Source: an uncultured Bacteroidota bacterium
Lineage (GTDB): Bacteria; Bacteroidota; Bacteroidia; Bacteroidales; GCA-2748055
Direction of reading: 5' to 3'
Length of the DNA stretch: 64,000 nt
Assembly (NCBI GenBank): GCA_937129385.1
Contig: CAKZNC010000220.1
Location: 98,604-162,603, forward strand
A program made the translations under genes and the position numbers. This document shows, piece after piece, positions 40,051 to 49,433 of this stretch (the stretch's first letter is position 1; each line of letters starts with the position of its first letter). Under the pieces are notes generated by a model. The model made no database searches. It saw only the letters and a list, made by a program, of their open reading frames with translations, and had not been told where the DNA came from.

Positions 40051-40503
40051 AAGAACAATAATATTATAATAATTAATTCAAATATCTATAATGATGATGA
40101 TATGCGGTTAACATTGTTAAAAAAGATTATAATTATATTCATATCACCGGTTCTTCAACAACAAATAACAAACAGTTAACAATTGTTTTTTACAATCTGT
40201 TTTGATTTCCTGTAATTTAGAGAAACGCATCATGGTTTGTTAATAGTGCATTGTTTAAAAATGTTTAATGATCTGAGCGTTGATAACTGTGTATAGAACG
40301 TTTAATTTTTATCTAAAAAGCGACGGGTTTTTTTCTTGGCTTTGATATAAAATTGTATAAGGTGAAACTGAATGTAAAAAAGCAAGAATATTTTTTGATT
40401 CGCTATAAAAAGCAATTAACAACAAATTAACACTATTTTTGTTAAAAATTTTCTTCGTCGTTGTAACGGGAATATATTTACTACTTTAACAAAAAGATCA
40501 TTC
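40051..40503. other. Putative chromosomal replication origin (oriC)
   Basis: Largest and most AT-rich intergenic region in the window: AT-rich stretch, NAN trio run, GC spacer, then tandem DnaA-box-like 9-mers, plus further TGTT(A/G)A(T/A)A-type boxes. parS and mnmG lie 14-15 kb away. Confidence 0.7.
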
Positions 40504-40944
40504 ATGAAAACACCTTCTCAGATTGCGATGACCAGTGATCATGCAGGGTACGAAATGAAGCAGCAGTTAAGAAAGCATCTTGAAAGCAAAGGTATCAAAG
40601 TTATCGATATTGGTACTTATAGACCGGACGCTGTGGATTACCCTGATTATGGTCATCAGTTAGGAGAGAAGATAGGAAAGGGAGAATATCCCATGGGAAT
40701 ATCAATCTGTGGAACCGGAAATGGGATCAACATGACAACCAATAAGCATACAGGCGTTCGGGGAGCCATTTGTTGGAGTGGGGAGATCGCTGAAATGGCG
40801 AGAAAACACAATGACGCCAATATATGTTCCCTGGCGGCCAGGTATACAGATTTAGATTTGGCAAAGCATATCGTTGATATATTTGTCAGTACAGGTTTTG
40901 AAGGGGGACGACACGAAAGAAGAATCAGGAAAATAGATTTATAG
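40504..40944 (+). CDS. rpiB: Ribose-5-phosphate isomerase B (RpiB/LacA/LacB)
   Basis: SDHAG, DYPD, ICGTGNG, ARKHNDAN, FEGGRHERR. Confidence 0.93.
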   Translation: MKTPSQIAMTSDHAGYEMKQQLRKHLESKGIKVIDIGTYRPDAVDYPDYGHQLGEKIGKGEYPMGISICGTGNGINMTTNKHTGVRGAICWSGEIAEMARKHNDANICSLAARYTDLDLAKHIVDIFVSTGFEGGRHERRIRKIDL

Positions 40945-40947
40945 CTT

Positions 40948-41379
40948 ATGTTATCCAATACGTGTAAGTATGCGATCAGGGCCGTGGTCTACCTGTCGGT
41001 ATATTCCTCGGCCAGTAAAAAGATTGGGATCAAGGAGATATCACAAAAACTTGAACTCCCCTCACCTTTTCTTGGCAAGATACTTCAGTCACTTGCCAGG
41101 AACAAGTTATTGATTTCCACAAAAGGGCCACACGGAGGCTTTGGGTTGGGCAGGGCATCAGAAGACATCTCCCTGATGGATATAGTTGAGATTGTTGACG
41201 GTCCGGACATCTTTGAAACCTGTCTTGTCAGGACCACCATTTGCTCTGATGAAGAACCCTGTGGTATTCATGACAATATCACCGGAATGAGAAAGGAATT
41301 AAAACAATTCTTCATCGATCAGACCATCGACGACCTGGCCTCTGAATTCAAAAGAGACAGAAAAAGGATCAGGATCTGA
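40948..41379 (+). CDS. Rrf2 family transcriptional regulator
   Basis: YAIRAV, FLGKILQSL, STKGPHGGF, EIVDG, C-x6-C-x5-C-x2-H. Confidence 0.92.
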   Translation: MLSNTCKYAIRAVVYLSVYSSASKKIGIKEISQKLELPSPFLGKILQSLARNKLLISTKGPHGGFGLGRASEDISLMDIVEIVDGPDIFETCLVRTTICSDEEPCGIHDNITGMRKELKQFFIDQTIDDLASEFKRDRKRIRI

Positions 41380-41749
41380 ATCTCCTGATTATCAACACAA
41401 CAATTAGTCCGAACAGGATTCCGGCCAGGTTTGCAAAAACATCGAGCAACTCACCAGACCGTGAGGAGATGAAATAGTACTGAACCATTTCAATCACAAC
41501 AGAATAGGCAAGTATTGCTGTGAGGATCAGCACGAGCGATCCCACCGAAACCCTTCCTGACCCGGAGTATTCCCTCAGTACGACAACGGTAAACACCAGG
41601 TACATGAGACCATGAACCAGTTTATCGATGCCCGGGAAAAAGAATGATGGTTGATCATGGCCGAGGTCAGCCGGCAAAATGCTCAGGACAAGGATAATGA
41701 TTGCCAGGCCGGCTGACAAAATCGTTCCCCCTCTTTTTTTTATATCCAT
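41369..41749 (-). CDS. VanZ-like membrane protein
   Basis: DKLVHGLMY, IEMVQ, RSGELLDVFANLAG. Confidence 0.88.
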   Translation of the reverse strand: MDIKKRGGTILSAGLAIIILVLSILPADLGHDQPSFFFPGIDKLVHGLMYLVFTVVVLREYSGSGRVSVGSLVLILTAILAYSVVIEMVQYYFISSRSGELLDVFANLAGILFGLIVVLIIRRFRS

Positions 41750-41827
41750 GCAGGTTGAATTGATTGTAAAGTTAGAAATTCTTAAATTCCAAAGCTTTGT
41801 ATTGCAAAAATAATACCTTGCCGCTGA

Positions 41828-44800
41828 ATGAAAAGCAGGAACGATCTTAATTCGCTGTTAGAGAAGCTCAGGGCTGAAAAGGCAGATACCTGGTTTGACC
41901 TGGGTTTATTTATAGACCGGTTCAGGGAGGAGCACGCGCTAAGGGAAGAGGGATTTGGCGGCACTTATGAAGACTTCAGCAGGGAGATCAAAAAGGGGGG
42001 TATAGGATTCATCACCTTTCATTTCATGGTAGATGGCGTAACGGTGGAGGTGGGAAAATATGCCCACCTTTTTGAGCGGCTGTATCCGGGCATATTCATT
42101 CATTACATTGGCGGGAAATTCAGGAACAGATCAGAGACCCTGATCAATCCACAGTACAGGAAATACCAGATTCCTGAACTTGCAGGTTTTGATGAGTGGG
42201 ATCTGTATGAGGCTTTTTTCAAGACCCAGCTGGAACGGGGAAGCAGACAATACAATCAACTGGTCGGCAAATTCTGGAACCAAACTCTTCAACTGGTCGA
42301 AAAGATCGGGACATATATAGAGGAAGAGGGCATCAGCATCCTGTACGTCATCAATGTTTGTTCGAATCCGGGGAACGTGTCTGCCGCCCTGTCCCTGGTT
42401 TTGCTTTCAGAGTTTTTATCCATTCCCGTGATCAACAACAACCATGATTTCTATTTTGAAGGGGGGAACAGTCGTTTCGACCGGGAATCAAAGAACCTTA
42501 AAAAGGGACCCCGCGATTTCTTTTTCACAAACGCACATCTCGGGGAGCTTTTCTCTATCATTGAAACCATCTATCCATGGGAATCAAATTTGTGGATGAA
42601 TGTCAATATCAACCGATCACAAAGTAATCAACTGATCCGTTACAAAGGGCACAATCCGGCCAGGGTAGCAGAGATAGGAACAGCCGTTGATACTTCAGTC
42701 TACACCAAAAATGACAAAAGGAGGAACATCAATGCTTTTCTCCAGTTTGAGCATATTTTAAGCAGGTACGGGGACCAGCTGACATGTTTTTCGGTTGAGG
42801 ATGTGGAAAAAAGAGAATTGGTATCAGAGAAAGACCAGGTTCCCATATTGATTGGTAAACAGACGGGTCGTGTTGAAAGATTTAGTTCGGAGAACATTAT
42901 TTTCCTGCAACCAACGAGAATCATCTCAAGGAAAAGGATAGAGCTGGGCATTAGCTTAATTATGAAGTTGCTTGAAAACAGGGAGATGAGAACAAGGATG
43001 AACAGCACTCCAAACCTGAAGATCACTTTACTGATCAGCGGCCCGATTGCTACCGGCCACCACCCCTATTTTCTCGAGTTGATAAGGGCTTACGACCTGC
43101 TGATGAATGAAGTTCCGGCAGAATTCCGGAACAGGGTCTACCTGGCCCTGCTGATGGGAGAAATCGACCAACAATCTTTTATAGAGCGTTATGATGCACC
43201 AATCAGCATCCCGGATCTTTATAATATTGCTTCATTGATTCTGCTTCCAAGCAAGACCGAGGGAAGGGGGTTGCCGATTATTGAAGCGACTGCTTGTGGA
43301 ACCCCAATCTTCTGCTGCAGGTATGAACCCGAAGCAGTTTATTCTGAAGTGGTCGGCGAGCACCTCGGGGAAGACGACCGTTTAAGGGTCCAGGAATTCA
43401 GGGGTAAAAAAATCAGCAAGCGTATCGTATCAGATATCATTGAAAGGGTATTTTTCCCACACAAATATGCAGAAGACACCAGGCACAATATCAGGACGGT
43501 TCAAAAAAGGTACAGCCTTGAAGCCCTCAGCAGGAATATCAGTTCGATCGTTCAAAAACTTCATGCACAACTTCAGCCGGAATTTTACGAAGCAGGGGAG
43601 GCCAAAAAAGCATTTATGGATTATGCAGAGATGATGGTTGCAGAGGACAACAATATTCATTCACTGCTTCATGAAGAAAACAGGCAGTATTTGCCAGGAT
43701 ACGGGAAGCTCTCTTTCATGCTGTATTTAAAATCACTGATCGATCCGAGTTTTTTCAGGATCGAACAACAGCGGGTGCGGGGGAGCGTTTTCTATTTTGC
43801 CCGGGAAATTCTTCACAATGATCCTGAGATTGAAAACATTCCGGAAGAGAAGATCGAACAATTTTATCGTGCGGTAGACAGGGTCTTTTTTATCACGAAC
43901 GGTAACCAGGAGGTCCTCCATGATCATTCCATGTCATACCGCCACAGGAACAGACGCAGTTATTTGTATCAACAGTATACCTTCCAGGAACTTACCGGCG
44001 TTGTAAACCTGCTTTACATGCGGATTGTTCAGCCGGCACCTCATGTAAAAATCGACCTCAGCCCACAGTTTTTTACAGACTGGAACCTGGCTCTTTTACA
44101 GCTCTCAACAAGCAATTACCTGGCCATTGATAACAGGAAATTACTCATAGAAAAGTTAAAGGCAAATTTGCCCATCGCATATTTTCCCGGGGAGTTCATC
44201 ATGTATGAGCTGGAGTTCTTTGCATTGCAGGCAATTCGTTCCCGCCTTGATCTGCCTATAGAGAAGGAGCTTACGCGAGACATTCTTGAAAGGAGGCATC
44301 AAAATATTGCTCCTGTTTATATTTTTGCACAGAAAAATAAGTTGGGGAAGCAGCTGAACCGCAGGGAAATTGAGAACTACATTGAAAACGGCAGGTCAGA
44401 AGAATTAAGAATATTGCATGCATACCGGCTGATTCGGATCATACAAACCAATCAATTGTGTGTTGGAATCCACTTTTATCAACTTGGAGCAAATGCAATT
44501 TCAACTTTGGTTGACATAGCACTACAGGGAGGATTCCTGCTGACCAACAGGAGACATGCGGCCCTGATGACAGATATTGTAAATATCGACAGGTTTCACA
44601 TTGGGCGGGTGAGGGGAGAACTCGCGGCAAACATCATGGGAATTCCGCCCGAAGCAGGATATATTCAGTATGTACCGGCCGGACTCAGGGCAACGATCGC
44701 CTACCCGACTCCAGTGCAGACTGCACTTGACCTGGACAGGGCACTTCATAGCGAGCAATATCAGAAATTGAAGACGTCTATGGGTGAGAGGAAATTACGG

Positions 44801-45994
44801 GAGAAATTACGGGAGGATGCTGAAAACAAAGGAACTCCCGTATTCAGGCTTCTGGAAAAATTAAACAGTCAGGAACCGGGGTCATCCACCGTATCTCACG
44901 AACATATTTGCGGAAAGTATGCCGATGGAAATCCATATAATGGGGTGTATGCAATGATTCATCCCGGAGAAGAAAAATGGGAATTCAGTGTTGCACAATC
45001 CGGGAATGGTACGCAGACGGTTTCATCGCTGGCGGGGAAATTTGAAAAGGAGACGGGAAAAAGTGTAAGGATCGCCTGGAATGGTGGATATATCCTCAAC
45101 GCCGAGCTTGTGGGTAAGCTTGGAATGCCGGAATCATATATTGGTTCACCACTCGGACTCCTGGTAAGGGACGGAACCTGTCTTTGCCCGCCTCTTTTTA
45201 ACAAGGCTGCATTTTTGATTGATAGTGAAGGTCGTTTATCTATCCGGCGGGTCAATTGCCGATCGGGACTTGTCATCACGGCTGGTCACTCGAAGATCTC
45301 ATTCGCTGCGACGGATTACAATACAGCCCATCCGCGGGAAGGCAAGCCTGCCTATTATGATCTGATGTATACTGAAGAGATCCCTTTAAAAGGAAGAGTT
45401 TTAGTGAGGCTGTCCGGTCGCAGGGTAATGGAAATTTTACACAACAGTGGTGTCATGCCTAAGGAGATCGTACCGGTTGGACTTACCTTTTCGATCCCGG
45501 AGGAAAAGGTTCCCGACGACCTCATTGAGGGCACGGAGGTGAAGATCGAGATCAAGGGATTGAAAGGAGTACAGCAAGCAGTTGAAGCGGGTCCGCTTTT
45601 ATTGAAGGAGGGAAAGCCGGTGATCGACATGGAGAAAGAGGGCTGGACCTCTTGTCATTCAATCGAGACCCAGGCAGCCAGACTGGATTACATGGATATG
45701 AGGGGACCGAAAATTGCCGTGGGACTCAACGAACAGGGAACCCTGGTGGTGCTTGCCATTCATGGAAGGATCAGGGAATCGGTGGGTGCTACCCATACGG
45801 ATATGGCCAGAATTTTAGCAAAACACGGCATGGATGTTGCCATGGGGTTCGATCCCGGCGGAAGCAGCACCCTGTATGTCGATGGAATAACTTTGAATAT
45901 ATCGCCCTACAACAGCAATTATGAATACAATGTTTATGCATTGCCTCCCGAACCCAGGGCAGTCTCAAATGCAATCCTTGGAACATTAAAATAG
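41828..45994 (+). CDS. Large fusion: GT4 (GT-B) glycosyltransferase + unknown middle region + NAGPA/DUF2233-like phosphodiester glycosidase domain
   Basis: GT4 motifs DGVTVE, HDFYFE, QPTRIISRKRIE and EGRGLPIIE (E-x7-E). C-terminal motifs WNGGY, EAGPLLL, PKIAVG, HGR..SVGAT, FDPGGSSTL and RAVSNAIL. Confidence 0.75.
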   Translation: MKSRNDLNSLLEKLRAEKADTWFDLGLFIDRFREEHALREEGFGGTYEDFSREIKKGGIGFITFHFMVDGVTVEVGKYAHLFERLYPGIFIHYIGGKFRNRSETLINPQYRKYQIPELAGFDEWDLYEAFFKTQLERGSRQYNQLVGKFWNQTLQLVEKIGTYIEEEGISILYVINVCSNPGNVSAALSLVLLSEFLSIPVINNNHDFYFEGGNSRFDRESKNLKKGPRDFFFTNAHLGELFSIIETIYPWESNLWMNVNINRSQSNQLIRYKGHNPARVAEIGTAVDTSVYTKNDKRRNINAFLQFEHILSRYGDQLTCFSVEDVEKRELVSEKDQVPILIGKQTGRVERFSSENIIFLQPTRIISRKRIELGISLIMKLLENREMRTRMNSTPNLKITLLISGPIATGHHPYFLELIRAYDLLMNEVPAEFRNRVYLALLMGEIDQQSFIERYDAPISIPDLYNIASLILLPSKTEGRGLPIIEATACGTPIFCCRYEPEAVYSEVVGEHLGEDDRLRVQEFRGKKISKRIVSDIIERVFFPHKYAEDTRHNIRTVQKRYSLEALSRNISSIVQKLHAQLQPEFYEAGEAKKAFMDYAEMMVAEDNNIHSLLHEENRQYLPGYGKLSFMLYLKSLIDPSFFRIEQQRVRGSVFYFAREILHNDPEIENIPEEKIEQFYRAVDRVFFITNGNQEVLHDHSMSYRHRNRRSYLYQQYTFQELTGVVNLLYMRIVQPAPHVKIDLSPQFFTDWNLALLQLSTSNYLAIDNRKLLIEKLKANLPIAYFPGEFIMYELEFFALQAIRSRLDLPIEKELTRDILERRHQNIAPVYIFAQKNKLGKQLNRREIENYIENGRSEELRILHAYRLIRIIQTNQLCVGIHFYQLGANAISTLVDIALQGGFLLTNRRHAALMTDIVNIDRFHIGRVRGELAANIMGIPPEAGYIQYVPAGLRATIAYPTPVQTALDLDRALHSEQYQKLKTSMGERKLREKLREDAENKGTPVFRLLEKLNSQEPGSSTVSHEHICGKYADGNPYNGVYAMIHPGEEKWEFSVAQSGNGTQTVSSLAGKFEKETGKSVRIAWNGGYILNAELVGKLGMPESYIGSPLGLLVRDGTCLCPPLFNKAAFLIDSEGRLSIRRVNCRSGLVITAGHSKISFAATDYNTAHPREGKPAYYDLMYTEEIPLKGRVLVRLSGRRVMEILHNSGVMPKEIVPVGLTFSIPEEKVPDDLIEGTEVKIEIKGLKGVQQAVEAGPLLLKEGKPVIDMEKEGWTSCHSIETQAARLDYMDMRGPKIAVGLNEQGTLVVLAIHGRIRESVGATHTDMARILAKHGMDVAMGFDPGGSSTLYVDGITLNISPYNSNYEYNVYALPPEPRAVSNAILGTLK

Positions 45995-46001
45995 CGGGAA
46001 G

Positions 46002-47132
46002 GTGGCTGGAATATATATACACGTACCATTTTGCAGAAAGGCATGTCATTATTGTGACTTTTACTTCACCGTAAGTCTGAAATATATTGATGATTATGTT
46101 GAGGCTCTTCTTGCCGAATTCTTGATCCGAAAAAAGGAAGGAGAAAACACGCCTGTAAAAACGATCTATCTTGGTGGAGGGACCCCATCGGTGCTGGAAA
46201 AGGATCACCTTTCCAGGATACTTGATCAGATCTCCGGAGTGTTTGGAATCGACGATGGAGCAGAATTGACCATTGAGGCAAATCCGGATGACCTCGAACG
46301 CCCGTATCTTATTGATCTTCGCGAGTTGGGATTCCGGAGGCTAAGCATAGGTGTTCAGTCGTTCCACCAATCTGACCTGGAACTGATGAACCGCTCCCAT
46401 TCGGCCGAGCAATCATCAAGGAGTATTTTACAGGCCAAAGAGGCCGGAATTGACAATATCAATATGGACCTGATCTATGGCTTGCCAGGACTCTCCCAGA
46501 AAGGATGGGAAAAGAACCTCAAAACAACCATGGAACTTCCGGTGAATCATATTTCGGCTTATCATCTTACCTATGAGCCCAGAACAGTTTTTCACCACTG
46601 GAGAAAGAAGGGAAGACTGACAGAACTGCCTGAAGATACAAGTATCGAACAATACATGCTACTCAGGGAGATTACAGCTGTACATGGTTTTGAGCACTAT
46701 GAGATTTCAAACTTTGCGCTACCGGGATTTCGTTCTGAACACAACAGCACCTACTGGTCGGGACAAGCATACCTTGGATTCGGACCCTCAGCACACTCCT
46801 TTATGGGGAATGAGCGAAGATGGAACGTGGCTTCCCTGGGAAAGTACATTCAGAATATAAAGGACGGATCCCCAATGCATGAATCAGAACAGCTCTCCAT
46901 AGCGGATCAGTATAATGAAACACTGATAACATCCTTAAGGACCGACAGGGGAGTGGATCTTCAAATCATCCGGGAAAGATATGGAGAAGATGCAAAGCAG
47001 GATCTCCTGGAAAGGGCCACGGTTTATATACAGCGGGAAGAGATGAAAAGGGAAGAAGATATTCTGAAAATGACGCCGGAGGGATGGTTGCGGTCAGACC
47101 TGATCATTTCCAACCTGATGATTGATGAATGA
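46002..47132 (+). CDS. hemW: Radical SAM heme chaperone HemW
   Basis: YIHVPFCRKACHYCDF, GGGTPS, EANP, SIGVQSF, DLIYGLP, YEISNF, HNSTYW. Confidence 0.93.
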   Translation: MAGIYIHVPFCRKACHYCDFYFTVSLKYIDDYVEALLAEFLIRKKEGENTPVKTIYLGGGTPSVLEKDHLSRILDQISGVFGIDDGAELTIEANPDDLERPYLIDLRELGFRRLSIGVQSFHQSDLELMNRSHSAEQSSRSILQAKEAGIDNINMDLIYGLPGLSQKGWEKNLKTTMELPVNHISAYHLTYEPRTVFHHWRKKGRLTELPEDTSIEQYMLLREITAVHGFEHYEISNFALPGFRSEHNSTYWSGQAYLGFGPSAHSFMGNERRWNVASLGKYIQNIKDGSPMHESEQLSIADQYNETLITSLRTDRGVDLQIIRERYGEDAKQDLLERATVYIQREEMKREEDILKMTPEGWLRSDLIISNLMIDE

Positions 47133-47134
47133 GT

Positions 47135-48424
47135 CTAGGCAAGCCCCGTTGCCTTATCGATCAGTTCTTCCAGTTTTTCCCGTAGGGTTTCATAGCTGAA
47201 GTATTTTTTGCCAAGGTCAAAATTGTATTCCGCAATTTCCCGGGCCCGCTGAGGTTTATGAATGACCTCAGAGATCTCTTCTATCGCTTTACCGGTGAGG
47301 TGATTTTCTTCCAGCATTACGGTTTTAAATCCCTTGCTGCCGATATCTGGCATATATACGGGCTTATAATTATTCACGAAGATGGGACGACGTGCAAGCA
47401 CTGCCTCAACAAAAGCATTTCCAAAACCCTCATATGTGCTGAAATATGTGCATGCTGTTGAATGGGCATAGGCATCGGATAGAGAAAACCTTACATCGCC
47501 ATTGGAGGGCGACAGCCCTTTGTTATGGAATAGGTGATATGCAAACCTGACCTGGTTACTTAGTTTAAGGTCGTGGACCAGGTCCTGCAATTCATGGTAA
47601 TACTCGCTCCCTGCGTCGTCAGCATAATTGCCGGTGATCACCAGCTTGATTCGGCCGTCGTTCAATTCAGATACCAGTTTGATGGCCACTTCAATTCCTT
47701 TTCGCCTGACGATCCTGGTAATCTGGTACAGGTAAATATCTTCTGCCCCGAAGCCCAGGTATTCCGGTAGTTGTGCGTTTTTTTCGTTTTTCACACCGAA
47801 AGGAACGTTAAAATCCATGACATTGGGGACAATGACGGATGAACGATTGAACCTCTCCTTCAAGGTGTTGCTGGCATTGGTATTGATCACGGCATGTACC
47901 GAATTTGGAGCCAGTAGCGGAAAGACGTTCTTCACAAACCGATTGACCTCATCATGTGTGGAGATGTAGCGGTACTCTCTTTCCCAGGCAAAGTCGTGGT
48001 CGTGGGTTATCGTTGGGAGCCCCAGTTTTTTGACGGCTTTGTTGATGGCCATTCCCATCTCAAGGTGTGAGGGAAGGGAAGAGGCATTTTCTGAGATCAG
48101 CAAATCGATCTTTTGGTCATGTACCCACTGGATGATCTTTTTATATATTACTTTCGAGTAGAGGTTCAGGTGTTCGATCAGCTCTTCGGGATCTGTTTCG
48201 GGTTGGAAAAATGCTTTTTTCTGACTCCAGTAACTTTCGGGAGAAAAAAAGGACATTTCCGGGACCAGGGTTTCTCTTTCCGGGTTCATGGCCCTTTCCT
48301 GGAACTGCCCTGAGATGATATAGATCTCATGCCCCATTGACTGGAGGACCTCGATCCATTTTTCGGTTTCAAGGGCGACACCGTCCACCCCCCCAATTCT
48401 ACCGATGATGATCCCGATGTTCAT
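47135..48424 (-). CDS. GT4 glycosyltransferase, resembles mannosylglucosylglycerate synthase (MggS)-like proteins
   Basis: GGVDGVALETEKW, HDHDFAWER, PNVMDF, TRIVRRKGIE, STYEGFGNAFVEA, A..NF.LG...FSY. Confidence 0.8.
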   Translation of the reverse strand: MNIGIIIGRIGGVDGVALETEKWIEVLQSMGHEIYIISGQFQERAMNPERETLVPEMSFFSPESYWSQKKAFFQPETDPEELIEHLNLYSKVIYKKIIQWVHDQKIDLLISENASSLPSHLEMGMAINKAVKKLGLPTITHDHDFAWEREYRYISTHDEVNRFVKNVFPLLAPNSVHAVINTNASNTLKERFNRSSVIVPNVMDFNVPFGVKNEKNAQLPEYLGFGAEDIYLYQITRIVRRKGIEVAIKLVSELNDGRIKLVITGNYADDAGSEYYHELQDLVHDLKLSNQVRFAYHLFHNKGLSPSNGDVRFSLSDAYAHSTACTYFSTYEGFGNAFVEAVLARRPIFVNNYKPVYMPDIGSKGFKTVMLEENHLTGKAIEEISEVIHKPQRAREIAEYNFDLGKKYFSYETLREKLEELIDKATGLA

Positions 48425-48454
48425 AAACCAAGAAGTTTGTTTTTAAATCATGGG

Positions 48455-49342
48455 TCAGAGGGAAAACACATCGCTGCCGATGATACTGCCATTTGCATAG
48501 AGTTCCACCTGGTATTCACCCGGTACTATTTCACCGTTATTGGTCCAGAATATCGATATCGGCAGGTCGGCATTTTCATAGGTGACGGTTCGCGAAGCAG
48601 AGACAGGAACCTCTTGCTCATCGACAGTGATCACCTCCATATCGGGTGATCCAAGCGCCAGTCCGTCAGGTCTCACCAGGCGAAGATAGATGGTTTTCTC
48701 CCCTGGTTCAACGACTGAATTGGCACGGACAACAAAATCTGTACGGATTTTATCAATGCTCTTTATCCTTCTCCTGGGCCTGTTGTTTTCATTGATGGGT
48801 TCAACATAAATGTTTGAGGCCTGTAACGTGGAGGCCTTGTCCTTGATCTCTTCAAGTGCAGCCTTGTCTGTTTCAAGTTTTTCCTTTTCAGTTTTCAACT
48901 GTTGCTCTGTCCTTTTCAGCTGAACATTTTCAGCCATCAGTTCCTGATTTTTAGAATTCAGGGAGTCGATCTGTACGATATAGCTGCGAAGGACCGACCT
49001 CAGGGTTTCCATTTCACGTTTGTACATCCTGATCTTGTATGCATCGTCAGCTTGAATGGCAATCAGTCGGTTGATCTTCTCCTGCTGGATTGCCATTTCT
49101 TCCTGGATACGTGAGTTATCTGTTTCCAGGGAGTCGTATGAAACATAGATATTATTCAGCTCTTTTTCAAGGGAATCTTTTTCCATGGCAAAATAGACCC
49201 GGTTCTCCTCCAGCGCATCACTGGTTTGGTCAAAGTCCTTTTTCAGGTCGACCAACATATATACAGAAACAGCAAGCACTACGGCCAGCAGTCCGATCAC
49301 CCCATATAAAACGCCAACATTTGTTGTTTTTTTCTCAGTCAT
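48455..49342 (-). CDS. Membrane-anchored coiled-coil protein with C-terminal beta-sandwich, function unknown
   Basis: N-terminal TM helix, about 140-aa heptad region, beta-rich tail ending GEYQVELYANG. Confidence 0.7.
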   Translation of the reverse strand: MTEKKTTNVGVLYGVIGLLAVVLAVSVYMLVDLKKDFDQTSDALEENRVYFAMEKDSLEKELNNIYVSYDSLETDNSRIQEEMAIQQEKINRLIAIQADDAYKIRMYKREMETLRSVLRSYIVQIDSLNSKNQELMAENVQLKRTEQQLKTEKEKLETDKAALEEIKDKASTLQASNIYVEPINENNRPRRRIKSIDKIRTDFVVRANSVVEPGEKTIYLRLVRPDGLALGSPDMEVITVDEQEVPVSASRTVTYENADLPISIFWTNNGEIVPGEYQVELYANGSIIGSDVFSL

Positions 49343-49360
49343 TCTTGTCAGTTTTCTCTA

Positions 49361-49368
49361 CAAATATA
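49361..49368 (-). promoter_or_regulatory. -7 element TATATTTG for the coiled-coil protein / GT4 transcript
   Basis: TAnnTTTG consensus 18 nt before the ATG. Confidence 0.6.
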
Positions 49369-49433
49369 TGCATTAGGATTCTACAAGTTCATTCCATTGC
49401 TGATATAATCAAAGGTTCAGGAAGAGGTCATTA

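Noticed and set aside
40051-40503. AT-rich repeats as a CRISPR leader/array or MITE
   Set aside because: No 23-47 bp direct repeats with spacers, no terminal inverted repeats or target duplication, and no cas or transposase genes.
41369-41749. VanZ as a glycopeptide resistance determinant
   Set aside because: VanZ-like proteins are widespread, no van cluster is present, and the host is Gram-negative.
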